Source of the DNA: Acidobacteriota bacterium | GTDB lineage: Bacteria; Acidobacteriota; UBA6911; RPQK01; CBDAPI01 | DNA: 64,000 nucleotides | Direction: 5' to 3' | NCBI GenBank assembly: GCA_965198355.1 | Contig: CBDAPI010000015.1 | Span: 922,608 to 986,607, forward strand | Shown here: piece after piece, positions 27,736 through 36,072 of the stretch | How positions within the stretch are numbered: position 1 is the first letter of the stretch | How the letters are laid out: every line of letters starts with the position of its first letter | Program-made: the position numbers and the translations under genes | Notes under the pieces: generated by a model | What the model was told of the DNA's origin: nothing | The model's database searches: none | What the model saw: only the letters and a program-made list of their open reading frames with translations

Positions 27736-28626
27736 TCAGACTCGCGTATCCCTTTCTGATCTGCGAAGAAGCCACAGGACCGGCACCATAAAGATCAGCG
27801 CCAGGATAAAGAAGGGATAACCGCCGCGAGTATGAAGAGGCCCAGACAAAAAACCGTCATCCACATAAACAGTCAGAAGACACAGTGTGACGATGCGGAG
27901 ACCGTTTTTGAAGATCGCGATTGGGACGGCTGCCAGCGCCAGAACCACCTTCGCCCCGGGCGAACGCAGGAAGAAGTGGCCGGCCAGAACTGCCGTGATA
28001 AACAGCGCCAGGCCCGAGCGGATGCCGCTGCACTCGGGGGCCACGTCGATGGTCAGACCCGGAAGTGCAAACACCGTTCCCTCCCGAAAAACCGGGATCG
28101 GCAGCAGTTGGAAAACGGCACCGGTGACTTCGGCCGAAGCCAGCTGCAAAGCTGTTATGACCCTGTTCAGAACGGCGCTGGGAATGGGGATCGCAAAGAC
28201 CAGGAAAGCCAGTGGAAACAGCGCCGCCCGCGAGGCAGCGGGGCCAAAGCACGTCACAAATCCACCGATCCACACCAGAACCATTCCCAAAGCTGTCCAC
28301 GAGAAGAAGTCGTTTTGGTTGAGATTGGCTTGCTGACTTGAGCTCAGGGTAAAAGCGAGCAGACCGGTGCCCAGCAAAGAAAAGCCCAGCACAGGCGAGT
28401 AATCAACACGGAGAAAGATCTTGGTCCGGTGCAGATAAAGAAGATAAATGGAAACCAGTGGAATCAGTGCAAAGTGGGAGTAGTGATTATGCCGCTGAGA
28501 GTAATGGAAGAGGGCAATAATGTGAGTAGAGAATGCACCGAAGAAGCCAACGTTGAAGGTCAAGAAAAAGACGCCGCGTCCGAGTCGGCGGCCACCTGAC
28601 AACAATCTCTCCCCTCGAGTTCCCAC
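27736..28626 (-). CDS. exosortase (Xrt/EpsH family), short 296-aa form; GTG start 1 nt after the upstream gene's stop
   Basis: multi-TM; FAIPIPSAV (P-x-P), APECSGIRS (catalytic Cys), KNGLRIV (N-G-x-R) are exosortase signatures. Confidence 0.75.
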   Translation of the reverse strand: MGTRGERLLSGGRRLGRGVFFLTFNVGFFGAFSTHIIALFHYSQRHNHYSHFALIPLVSIYLLYLHRTKIFLRVDYSPVLGFSLLGTGLLAFTLSSSQQANLNQNDFFSWTALGMVLVWIGGFVTCFGPAASRAALFPLAFLVFAIPIPSAVLNRVITALQLASAEVTGAVFQLLPIPVFREGTVFALPGLTIDVAPECSGIRSGLALFITAVLAGHFFLRSPGAKVVLALAAVPIAIFKNGLRIVTLCLLTVYVDDGFLSGPLHTRGGYPFFILALIFMVPVLWLLRRSERDTRV

Positions 28627-28627
28627 T

Positions 28628-29209
28628 CTATTCGCCCGTCCTGGGAGGGAGGATTGTTACCATCACCATGTCCGTCGCTTCCCTTCCCACCCCGTCCACA
28701 GCCTTGACCTCGAACACAAGCTCGGTCTGTGAGGTGACTTCTGGCGCCAGAAAGACCAGTTCCTGCATATTCATCTCAGTGATCGAGATAATCGGTCCCG
28801 TAGCCTGCATCCAGAGAAAGGCGGCATGCATCACTGGGCAGTTGGCCGTGAGCAGAACCAGCTCACCACCGTACACTTCCAGGTCGGGCCCGGCACTTAC
28901 TGACATCAGCTCGAGTTCGACTTTGGCCTTGACTTCGCTTGAATAGGCGCTTTCAAGTCCCTCGATATCGACCGAAGTGACAACGTAATAAAAAGTTCCG
29001 CCCGGTTCAACTTCTAAGTCGGCATAGAACGGCGGGCCTATAAGTTCCTGGTTCAGCTTCTGATAAGGTCCCCCAGAGACATTGAAGCGGTAGACGTTGT
29101 AGCCCGCAACCCAGCAGCCGTCGGGGGGATCCCACGCCAGTTTGACGGACTGGGAGTAGCCAGCAAGCGTGCTGATGGCGAAGGTCACGGTCAGGATGAG
29201 ATATCGCAT
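28628..29209 (-). CDS. secreted FN3-domain protein (likely start MRYLIL at 29209; ORF-track TTG start 29236)
   Basis: VKLAWDPPDGCWVAGYNVYRF...GTFYYVVTSVD is homologous to the FN3 module of 15233-18010. Confidence 0.65.
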   Translation of the reverse strand: MRYLILTVTFAISTLAGYSQSVKLAWDPPDGCWVAGYNVYRFNVSGGPYQKLNQELIGPPFYADLEVEPGGTFYYVVTSVDIEGLESAYSSEVKAKVELELMSVSAGPDLEVYGGELVLLTANCPVMHAAFLWMQATGPIISITEMNMQELVFLAPEVTSQTELVFEVKAVDGVGREATDMVMVTILPPRTGE

Positions 29210-29223
29210 GGTTGATCTAAACT

Positions 29224-29277
29224 CCCCAATCCGCAATCCATGATTCCCGAAATCCCAAATCCGAAATCCGCAATTTC
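29224..29277 (+). repeat. heptad array (7 units of AATCCGC/AAATCCC/AAATCCG type) filling the spacer between the LRR stop and the FN3 start
   Basis: ccccaatccgcaatccatgattcccgaaatcccaaatccgaaatccgcaatttcc. Confidence 0.7.
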
Positions 29278-32200
29278 CTACCTTCGCCTAGAATTCGTCG
29301 GTGGTGCAGCCGAGAGCGCCGTCAGGTTGTTGGTGCCAAACAGTTGTTGCGCTACGATGTCAACCGTTGAAGAGACCACGATATAGCCTCCCCTCTGCCC
29401 CTCGGTTTCGGGTACTAGTTCCGCGACGGTTCTCGAGATTCTGTGGAACGGATCCAGTTGAAGTTCCCTCACCCCCGTTTGCACTCCTTGGGGAGAAAAG
29501 ACACCAATCTCGATCTCGGCCGGGTCGGGCCCCGGATTGAAAAAGGCCAACCCCGTAAAAAAGCCTTCCAGATTAGCCACCTGATTGAACACGGCTCCCG
29601 AGAACGGCTCCGCTTGGAGCTGAAGAGCTGCAGCAAACTGCAACTGGCCCGGGTCTCCAAACACCACGTCGCCAATGATTCCTGGTCCATTCGCGGTCAT
29701 CTCGAGAGACCCCGTGACCGAGGGGGGCAGATCCATCAACTCCGAGAGATCAGACTCGAGCGTCTCTCTGGGAAGAAGCAAATAGTCCACAGTTTCTCCG
29801 ACGTTATTTCCCACCTCGTCAAACACGGAGAGGCTCACCGTTCGCGCCTCGTCACTGACATTGAGAACTTTGAGGTTCGTGAAGAGTAGGGAAGGGATCT
29901 CACTGGCCTGGGCTGAATAAAGCCGGGAGGCGTCAAACTCGATCCAGGGATTCAAGGCGAAGATCGTCTGCTCATCGCCGAGACTCACGTAATGGAACCC
30001 GAGGATGCCTCTACCCTCTTCCACTTCTGCTTCCAGGAAACCCTCTGAAACCTCGGGTATATCGAACAACTCCTCCACATCCATCGACAACAGGCCATAC
30101 GGCATCAGCGCCACCCTTGTATCCAGAATCTGTGCTGGAAAGATCGAAGTCAGGTGAAGTGTGAGCCGAACGGTTACCGGATCGACATTGGGATTGACCA
30201 AATGAATCCGGGTCTCAGCAGGTTGGCCACGAAAGGCAAGAGGTCCCTGATAGATCCGATCAAAGACCAAACGCCGCGATGCTCGCTCGACAGATATGGA
30301 CCCATCCATCCGGCTGAGATTCCAGTTGAAGAATTGGAAGAACGTGCCTATCTCCGGGTGGCTTGTCGTAATCCGAAGCCAACCGACTTGAGCCGTAGGG
30401 AGAGCAGAAGGACAGAAGAGATCCCGGCCCAGTCTGAGCACTTGCTCTCCCTGATCCAGAGTCACGTTCAGGAGATCCGTCGGGCAGGTTGTCAAATCAC
30501 CGAAGCTCTCGATCTGCAAGTCAACGAATTCATCGGCCTGATTGGAGATCGAGAATCCAGAAAAAGAGCCGCCCTGGGGAGGGACGTCCTCCTCCAGGTA
30601 GAAAGGGAAAAAGACGTCCCGGATTCTCCAGTTTCCTCCCAGCTGCTTCTGACCGAGGAACTGTTCCAAACTCTCGTTTCCCGAAGAGAGCTGGTTCCAA
30701 CGAAGATCCAGCTGTTGATCACCGAGGCGACTAAGATCGAGCAGGTCGGCTGGAACCTCTCCGGACAAATAGTTGGAGCGAAGCGAGAGGACCTGGAGCT
30801 GGGAAAGCCTTCCGAGTGACGCGGGGAGCTCACCTTCGAGGGTGTTATTGGCCAGCGCGAGGACTCGAAGTTGTGCGAGATTTCCGAGCTCGGAAGGGAT
30901 CAGACCCAGCAGCTGGTTATTGTCCAGGGCCAGCACCTCCAGCCGTGAGAGCAGGCTGAGTTGTGTGGGGATCGGGCCGGTCAAGTAGTTGCCAGATAAA
31001 GAAAGAAGCTCCAGGTCCATAACTGCAGCCGGAAGCGCAGTTAGGGTGACCGGAATCTCTCCACTGAGGCGATTGTCTTCCAGCGAGAGACGCAGCAATT
31101 GGGGCATCCCCAAGAGAACGGGAGGAATCGCACCCTCGAGCCGGTTGTGCCCCAAATTCAACGATCTCAGCTTGCTGAGACGTCCCAATTCGGCCGGTAT
31201 GGGACCCCACAAGTGGTTGCCCGCGAGACTGAGATATTCCAGCCGCGCAAGATTGGCAAGACTTGCCGGAATCTCACCGGAGAGTTGATTGTTGCTCAGG
31301 TCCAGGTCTCTGAGTCCGGAAAGCATCCCAATAGAAGGGGGGATGAGACCGTCAAATCGGTTGGAGTACAAGCGCAGGCTATCGAGGCCCGTCAGGTCCC
31401 CGATCTCGGCCGGTATCGGCCCCTCAAACTGATTATCGTAAAGCAAGAGCTGTGTCAGCTGGTTGAGCTGTTCGATATCGCCCGGGACGGGGCCGGTCAG
31501 CCGGTTCTTCTCCACCGAAAGAAGGCGCAGATTCTGAAGTGAACAGATCGACTCTGGAAGTTGGCCATTCAACAGATTGCCACCCAGACCCAATTCCAAG
31601 AGTTCTAGGAGACTGCCTATGTCAATCGGGATGGGGCCGGTTAAAGCGTTGTTCTCGAGACGGAGGAATTGCAACTGCGTCAGCTGCGTGATTTCGGAAG
31701 GAATCGTCCCAGCGAGTTCGTTTCCCGCGAGATTCAACAAGGTGAGTCGATCCAAGTTCCCAATGTTCTGAGGAAGTCCGCCTGAGAAGCTATTGTTCGC
31801 CAGATCGATTCTGCGGAGAGAGCTCAGAGATCCGATTGAAGCCGGTATTGCGCCTTCGAATCGGTTATTGGCAAGTTCCAGCGACTGGAGACTCCCCGAC
31901 TTGTTGATCGTGGCGGGGATTCCTCCCTCGAGATCATTCTCTGAGAGCGAGAGAGACTGCAGAACAGGTAATTCGAAAAGCGCGGGGGGGTCTCCCCGCT
32001 CAACTGGTTATCGTTGAGCGCGAGAACTCGAAGCGACCGGAGATTCCCGATTTCTGGTGGAATGGTTCCAGAGATCTGATTGTGGCCCAGAGAAAGGTAG
32101 CGCAGATTTTCGAGCTGTCCCAACTCGGAAGGGAGTGGTCCACCGAAGCGGTTGCGGCTCAGTGAGAGGTTCTGCAGATTGAGCAGGCTCCCGATCTCAG

Positions 32201-33170
32201 CCGGGATAGTCAAGCTGAGCTGGTTGTCAGCGGCCAAAAGTGAATGAAGCTCGCTCATGCTTTGCCACCCGGCGGGGATCGCCCCAGTAAAGTTATTGAA
32301 GCTTACGTCGAGAAAGTGTAATCGACTAAGGTCTCCCAGTTGGGGGGGTAGCCGGCCGCGAAGGCGATTGTGGTCGAGGCGAAGACTGAACAGGCGTGAG
32401 AGGCCGCCCAGCTGAGCGGGGATTCTTCCGGAAAGCCCGTTCTCCCCGAGGTTGAGAACTTGGAGAGCCTCAAGGGCTCCCATTTCCCGTGGAATCGGTC
32501 CAGTCAGTTCATTCCGGGAGAGATTGAGAGATCTCAACTGTTGCAGTTGTCCCAGTTCCGCTGGGATTTGCCCTCTTAGTCGGTTGCCGGATAAGGAGAT
32601 ATTCCTGAGACTACTCGAATCGCCAAGAGACTGAGGAATCGCTCCCGTAAACAAGTTGTTATCCAGGAGAACCGATTCCAATTGCTGCATCCGGCCTAGA
32701 AAACCTGGAACGGAGCCACTGAGCTTGTTGCCGGCAAGGGAGAGGGTCTTTAGGTTGGGAAGATCCTCGAGACTGTCCGGCAGTTTGTCTGAAAGGGCGT
32801 TGTCATTGAGCCGCAACTCGACAAGCTCATAGAGCAGGCCGATCTCGGTCGAAAGGGAGCCGACGAGATTATTCGCAGACAGGTTGATCTTGAAGACTTG
32901 ACCCTCGCGAACCTCCACACCATGCCACTCCCCCTCAGTTCCCTCCGGTCCGAGCCATCCTTCAGCGTTGAACCACTCTTCGCCGCCCGCTTGCACGTAA
33001 AGATCAATCAGGGCCTCCCGTTCCTGCGGGGGAATGGGTTCGGACGTTCCCCCGTCCTGGCTACGCACGAAGCCGATTCCAAGACAAAGGGATAGTAGTA
33101 GAGCAAGGGAAACTCGCATGAAAGTCATGAAAGTCATGTTCAACAGACTCTTGAGCTTCACTGCCAACAC
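29278..33170 (-). pseudogene. ~1290-aa secreted plant-type (24-residue) LRR protein with the shared C-terminal module; split into 31824-33170 and 29278-31755 by a frameshift in a G7 (minus-strand C7) homopolymer at ~31987-31993. Either a pseudogene or phase-variable
   Basis: LxxLxxLxLxxNxLSGxIPxxLGxL repeats x>30; adding one C restores ...GETPPALFELPVLQSLSLSENDLEGGIPATINKSGSLQSLELANNRFEGAIPASIGSL... and joins the two ORFs. Confidence 0.7.
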
Positions 33171-33182
33171 TCGTTCTTACTC

Positions 33183-33429
33183 ATTTCAGCAATCCAAATC
33201 CGCAATCCGAAATCCGAGATTCCCTTGTTGTTTCTCTACAGAACCAGAAACCGATAGTACTGGAGCTTAAGAAACTGCAGCGTGACCTCCTGGATACCGT
33301 GCCAGCTTTCGGCCCAGTTCGCCGGAGTCCTAGTTCCTAACACGGGGACGCAGCGAACCTCAATGCTCAACTCACCCAAAGATTCTTGATAGATTCGAGT
33401 CGAGCGTCGGCTGCGGCAGGATCCGGGCG
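33183..33429 (+). repeat. 245-bp direct repeat, copy 1 (heptad array at its 5' end), flanking the IS3 remnant
   Basis: ~99% identical to 34078-34324 (1 indel). Confidence 0.8.
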
Positions 33430-34074
33430 TGGCGGCAGATCCAGAGCCTGACAGCCGGCACGGACTCCGTGGGATTGTGAGAATCGCAAAGCTTCGTCCA
33501 TCAGCTCTCGTCTCCGTTCTCTTCGCTGCTCGCCAGAGAGATTCCCAACAGTTGCGAGACTTTTTTTTGGAGATCCAGCATGGCTTCAAACTTCTCGAGC
33601 TTGCGTTTCAGCTTCCGATTCTCAGCCTCCACTTGCCTCAGTTGATGATCCAGAGGATTGACCGGCTTTGCCTTTCGTCCCCGCTTGCGAGGGGTCAATG
33701 CCTGCAGCGTTCCGTGCTCGCGTTGGCGTCGCCAGGTCTGCAGATTCGACCAGTAAAGTCCTTCTCGGCGCAGTAATGCTCCCACTTCGCCCGACTCTTC
33801 GCAGCCATCGGCCTGCTCCAGGACCCGGAGCTTATAGCGGGCTGAAAACCGGCGACGGGTTGCCTTGGCAGGAACTTCCGGGTCGGGTCGCGGCAACGCC
33901 TTCTCGGGCTCGGTCCGTCCCGCAGCGATTTTGGAGACCTCTCCCCTCCGCTCCGAGGTTTCCAAAATCCTCAGTTTCTTGTCGCTTCTGTTTTCTATCA
34001 TTCTGTAATCCAGCTTCTCGCCCTCTACTCTAATTTAGCCGGGAAGAAGTGTCTCACCATTATTGGCACAGAGG
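33430..34074 (-). mobile_element. IS3-family remnant (same IS as 1-1262): orfB deleted, orfA and right end retained
   Basis: identity to copy A from ~612 to 1262; A8 instead of A7 at the slippery site. Confidence 0.75.
33501..34001 (-). CDS. IS3-family transposase OrfA (166 aa, natural stop)
   Basis: identical to the N-terminus of the 380-1189 product up to ...AMLDLQKK. Confidence 0.8.
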   Translation of the reverse strand: MIENRSDKKLRILETSERRGEVSKIAAGRTEPEKALPRPDPEVPAKATRRRFSARYKLRVLEQADGCEESGEVGALLRREGLYWSNLQTWRRQREHGTLQALTPRKRGRKAKPVNPLDHQLRQVEAENRKLKRKLEKFEAMLDLQKKVSQLLGISLASSEENGDES

Positions 34075-34077
34075 GTT

Positions 34078-34324
34078 TCAGCAATCCAAATCCGCAATCC
34101 GAAATCCGAGATTCCCTTGTTGTTTCTCTACAGAACCAGAAACTCGATAGTACTGGAGCTTAAGAAACTGCAGCGTGACCTCCTGGATACCGTGCCAGCT
34201 TTCGGCCCAGTTCGCCGGAGTCCTAGTTCCTAACACGGGGACGCAGCGAACCTCAATGCTCAACTCACCCAAAGATTCTTGATAGATTCGAGTCGAGCGT
34301 CGGCTGCGGCAGGCGGGCGTCACC
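34078..34324 (+). repeat. 245-bp direct repeat, copy 2 (begins with heptad array 34081-34116)
   Basis: see 33183-33429. Confidence 0.8.
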
Positions 34325-34364
34325 AAGGTTACTGAGCTAACATCTTGACCGCTCAGAAACTCGC

Positions 34365-35417
34365 TTGCCTGCTGAGCCACAGGCAGGCGAGTTGACTTCT
34401 TCACAGCGCCCGTCTACAAGGGTGGCCGTGCTTAAGCCAGGGAACTCCAAGAAAAGAAGAAAGTGGGGCATCACCTTAGTCAAAATCTTCGGTACCGCTC
34501 TTCTGCTATTTCTAGTTCTGCGCCAGGTCGATTGGTCCCAATTGGCGGGGGTGGTATCGGGCACCCACTTCGTTTGGCTCCCCGCGACCTTCGCCTGCGT
34601 TCTGGGCCGGACAGCAATCTTGGCCTTGCGATGGCAGTTGTTGCTGGGTTATCAGGATGTCGTCGTGTCGTATCGGAGCTCGCTCGTCACCTACGCGATT
34701 GCGACTTTCTTCAACCTGGCCACACCTGCAAATCTGGGTGGTGATGCCTATCGAGTCAGTGCTGTGAGGTCCCAGAAAGGCATTGCTATTCCGAGCGCAA
34801 CCGTACTTCTGGAGAAGATCCTGGGCTTAGCAGCACTGCTGGGTTTGCTGGGTTCGGGAATCATCCTCTATCGGAATCTGCCCCCAGTTGAAGTCGTAGC
34901 GACGGTCTGGGTGACCACCTGCGCGATTGTACTAGTGGCTTTGCCCGCGGTGTCGATGGGCTCGAAGAGATTTCCCTTCATCCAAAACACTCTCAACCGG
35001 AAACTGGGTCTTAAGGCTTCCTTCCAGTCTCTGACGCTCGCCCAAGTGGTCCTCACCCTCCTCCTTTCGCTGGTCGCTCATCTTGCTGTGATCAGCGGCC
35101 ACTATTTTGTCATTCGAGCGTTGTCCTTGGGACAACAGATTCCCCTAACTTTTCTTCTGTTCGCCGTTCCGGCTACGTTATTTCTCGTCATGCTTCCGGT
35201 ATCTTTCCAGGGAATCGGTGTAAACGAAAACCTCTACGCACTCTTTTTCTCGGCCTTCTCGGTTCCAGTCGAAACCAGCTTGGCCTTTTCCTGGCTCTTC
35301 CTGTTGGCGGGGCAGGTTTCAATGGGCTTATTGGGCGCTCTCGTGTTCATCCGCCGGAACAAGGGTCTCGATCCGGAATCTGGAGAGAAGCATACGCACC
35401 GGCCGGCTCAACATTAG
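34365..35417 (+). CDS. UPF0104 flippase-like (LPG-synthase-TM family) integral membrane protein
   Basis: ...ATFFNLATPANLGGDAYRVSAVRSQKG...; ~8 TM segments. Confidence 0.7.
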   Translation: MPAEPQAGELTSSQRPSTRVAVLKPGNSKKRRKWGITLVKIFGTALLLFLVLRQVDWSQLAGVVSGTHFVWLPATFACVLGRTAILALRWQLLLGYQDVVVSYRSSLVTYAIATFFNLATPANLGGDAYRVSAVRSQKGIAIPSATVLLEKILGLAALLGLLGSGIILYRNLPPVEVVATVWVTTCAIVLVALPAVSMGSKRFPFIQNTLNRKLGLKASFQSLTLAQVVLTLLLSLVAHLAVISGHYFVIRALSLGQQIPLTFLLFAVPATLFLVMLPVSFQGIGVNENLYALFFSAFSVPVETSLAFSWLFLLAGQVSMGLLGALVFIRRNKGLDPESGEKHTHRPAQH

Positions 35418-35436
35418 TTGGGGCCTTCAGCAGTAA

Positions 35437-36072
35437 GTATCCCCCGGCAAAGCCGGGGGCTTTAATCTTGTGAGCCGCTCAAAGCGGACTTGACGTTGCC
35501 GCTACCGCGGCCACTTGTGCCACCTACAGGTGGCTTGGCTACAGCAGCCTGAGCTGATCCTGGCGACGATCTTCTGCTTCTTGCCGCCGGATATACTCAC
35601 GAATCACTTTCTCATCCCGACCCACCGTCGATACGAAGTATCCGCGAGCCCAGAAGTGCTGTCCAACAAAGTTACGCCGACTCTCTGAAAAGTTCCTCGC
35701 AATGTGGATGGCGCTTTTCCCTTTGATGTACCCGATCACCTGCGCCACAGAAAACTTTGGCGGAATCGAGATCATCACGTGCACGTGATCCGGCAGCAGG
35801 TGGCCCTCTTCAATCAAGCTTTCCTGCTGCCCAGCCAACCGTCGCAGCACCTGACCGAGATGTCTGCGCAGCTCCCCATAAATCAACTTCTTGCGGTACT
35901 TGGGGATGAACACCACATGGTACTTACACTCCCATTTTGTATGCTGTAAGCTCTGGTAGTTACTCATAAAACTCCTTTTCGTGATGCTTTGCTCGGCTCA
36001 CGGAAGGGAGTTTTTTCACCTATTCCCGGAACTGTCAAACTCTGGCTGCCTCCCCGGCAGAGCCGGGGGGAC
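35437..36072. mobile_element. IS200/IS605-family element (tnpA only) bounded by near-identical subterminal hairpins
   Basis: cccccggcaaagccggggg (35441-35459) and ctccccggcagagccgggggg (36050-36070). Confidence 0.6.
35539..35967 (-). CDS. tnpA: IS200-type Y1 (HUH) transposase TnpA
   Basis: WECKYHVVFIPKYRKK...HLLPDHVHVMISIPPKFSVAQVIGYIKGKSA. Confidence 0.85.
   Translation of the reverse strand: MSNYQSLQHTKWECKYHVVFIPKYRKKLIYGELRRHLGQVLRRLAGQQESLIEEGHLLPDHVHVMISIPPKFSVAQVIGYIKGKSAIHIARNFSESRRNFVGQHFWARGYFVSTVGRDEKVIREYIRRQEAEDRRQDQLRLL

Noticed and set aside
30154-30819. 221-aa plus-strand ORF inside the LRR gene
   Set aside because: Antisense to the LRR coding sequence; no recognisable motifs.
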